Of a stretch of DNA of 64,000 bases, positions 63,013 through 64,000 are shown piece by piece. The notes beneath the pieces were generated by a model. It was not told the DNA's origin and did no database searches. It saw only the letters and a program-made list of their open reading frames with translations. Position 1 is the stretch's first letter. Each line of letters opens with the position of its first letter. The stretch comes from Phoronis australis (Eukaryota; Animalia; Phoronida), in contig NMRA01000150.1 in the NCBI GenBank assembly GCA_002633005.1, positions 202,434-266,433 on the forward strand. The letters run 5' to 3'. A program made the position numbers and the translations under genes.

Positions 63013-64000
63013 CCGTAATCGTTCGGGTTAACGCCCTGGGCGGTTAAATTGGCGAACCCAAAAAATCGGGGGTGGGCGGTTAACCAGACATGGGCGCTTA
63101 AACGTGAAATTTCAAGAAATCGGGGGGGGCGGTTAACTGAACATGGGCGCTTATTACGACAGGCAACCGCCCTGGGCGGTTAATCTTACCTTATGATCTG
63201 AGTCACCACACGTACTAAGCCACATACTGGGATCGCCTAACACTTTGAAAAGAACTTTATCGCCACCAAGTGCGTACTCTGCGCACTCTAATTAACAAAT
63301 AGTTTCGAAAATGTAGAGTGTGGTCAAACTCCGAACGCTTGCATAGAAAGTTTGCTACATAATATGGCGCCTCAGGTGAGACCGATTATTGCGAATTATG
63401 CTCATTATTTCACTATACTTCGCAGACGTTGAACATGTTCACCTGCGTAGCAGACGGTAGCTGTGCTGTCGTTTTAACCCAGTTGTGGTCACGTGCTGAC
63501 CCATTTTTCCTGTGATCAGTGCACTCCCATAATAAACAACTTAACTGACGGTCACGTAGACAAGGACTACCAGCAGTTCCGAATTTCAGTTCAAAATCAT
63601 TTCGAGATAACAGAATGTACTCCTGGTCTGAATGGTCAAAAAGCATAAAAATGTATAATCAATCACGAAATCGGGTTCAACTATTCAGCTGCCATGCACT
63701 GTCGATTCGCCTGTTTATGTTGCCGGTATGTGGAGTTGACATGTACGGTACTCTGGCCTTTCAATGGCTAAATACAATAACAAACTTTTTGTTAACAAAC
63801 TCTACATTCAAAAAATTGCCACCAAGTTACATTGCAAAACACAAACACGAGTTTCTGTCTACACTCGCGTTTTTACTGGTCGACTTAGCAAACAAGAAGT
63901 CGGCCGATTCCAGTGTCGACCTTGAACAACCGTCGTTGCGGTTTTCGTTTCGACTGCGAGACGCAGCTTTTGTTAGCAAATGAAACCATCTATTCTCGGT
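63013..64000. mobile_element. Second Tc2/pogo-like element, running off the window end
   Basis: ta|ccgtaatcgttcgggttaa and the same subterminal tgggcggttaa repeats as at 41118. Confidence 0.8.

Overview
Eukaryotic, AT-rich, repeat-dense genomic DNA, probably from a marine invertebrate (inferred from the repeat landscape and intron style). Most ORFs in the supplied track are spurious. Two spliced genes can be assembled by hand from GT-AG sites and reading phase, and they point toward each other. (1) PDAP1 on +: five coding exons at 9307-15063; the first exon was not found. (2) A divergent alpha-arrestin-like gene on -: 12 coding exons at 56116-23884, 358 aa, with no canonical PPxY. The introns and intergenic DNA hold a decayed Academ transposon that retains a spliceosomal intron, two inverted THAP-bearing Kolobok elements bracketing arrestin exon 2, Penelope-like GIY-YIG fragments (one followed by an intact minimal hammerhead ribozyme), Tc2/pogo-, hAT- and piggyBac-like MITEs, and many minisatellites. 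There is also a Helentron-like (HINE) family whose ~150-bp internal repeats each carry a same-orientation CTCF-like motif. No CRISPR array, rRNA or bona fide tRNA was found.
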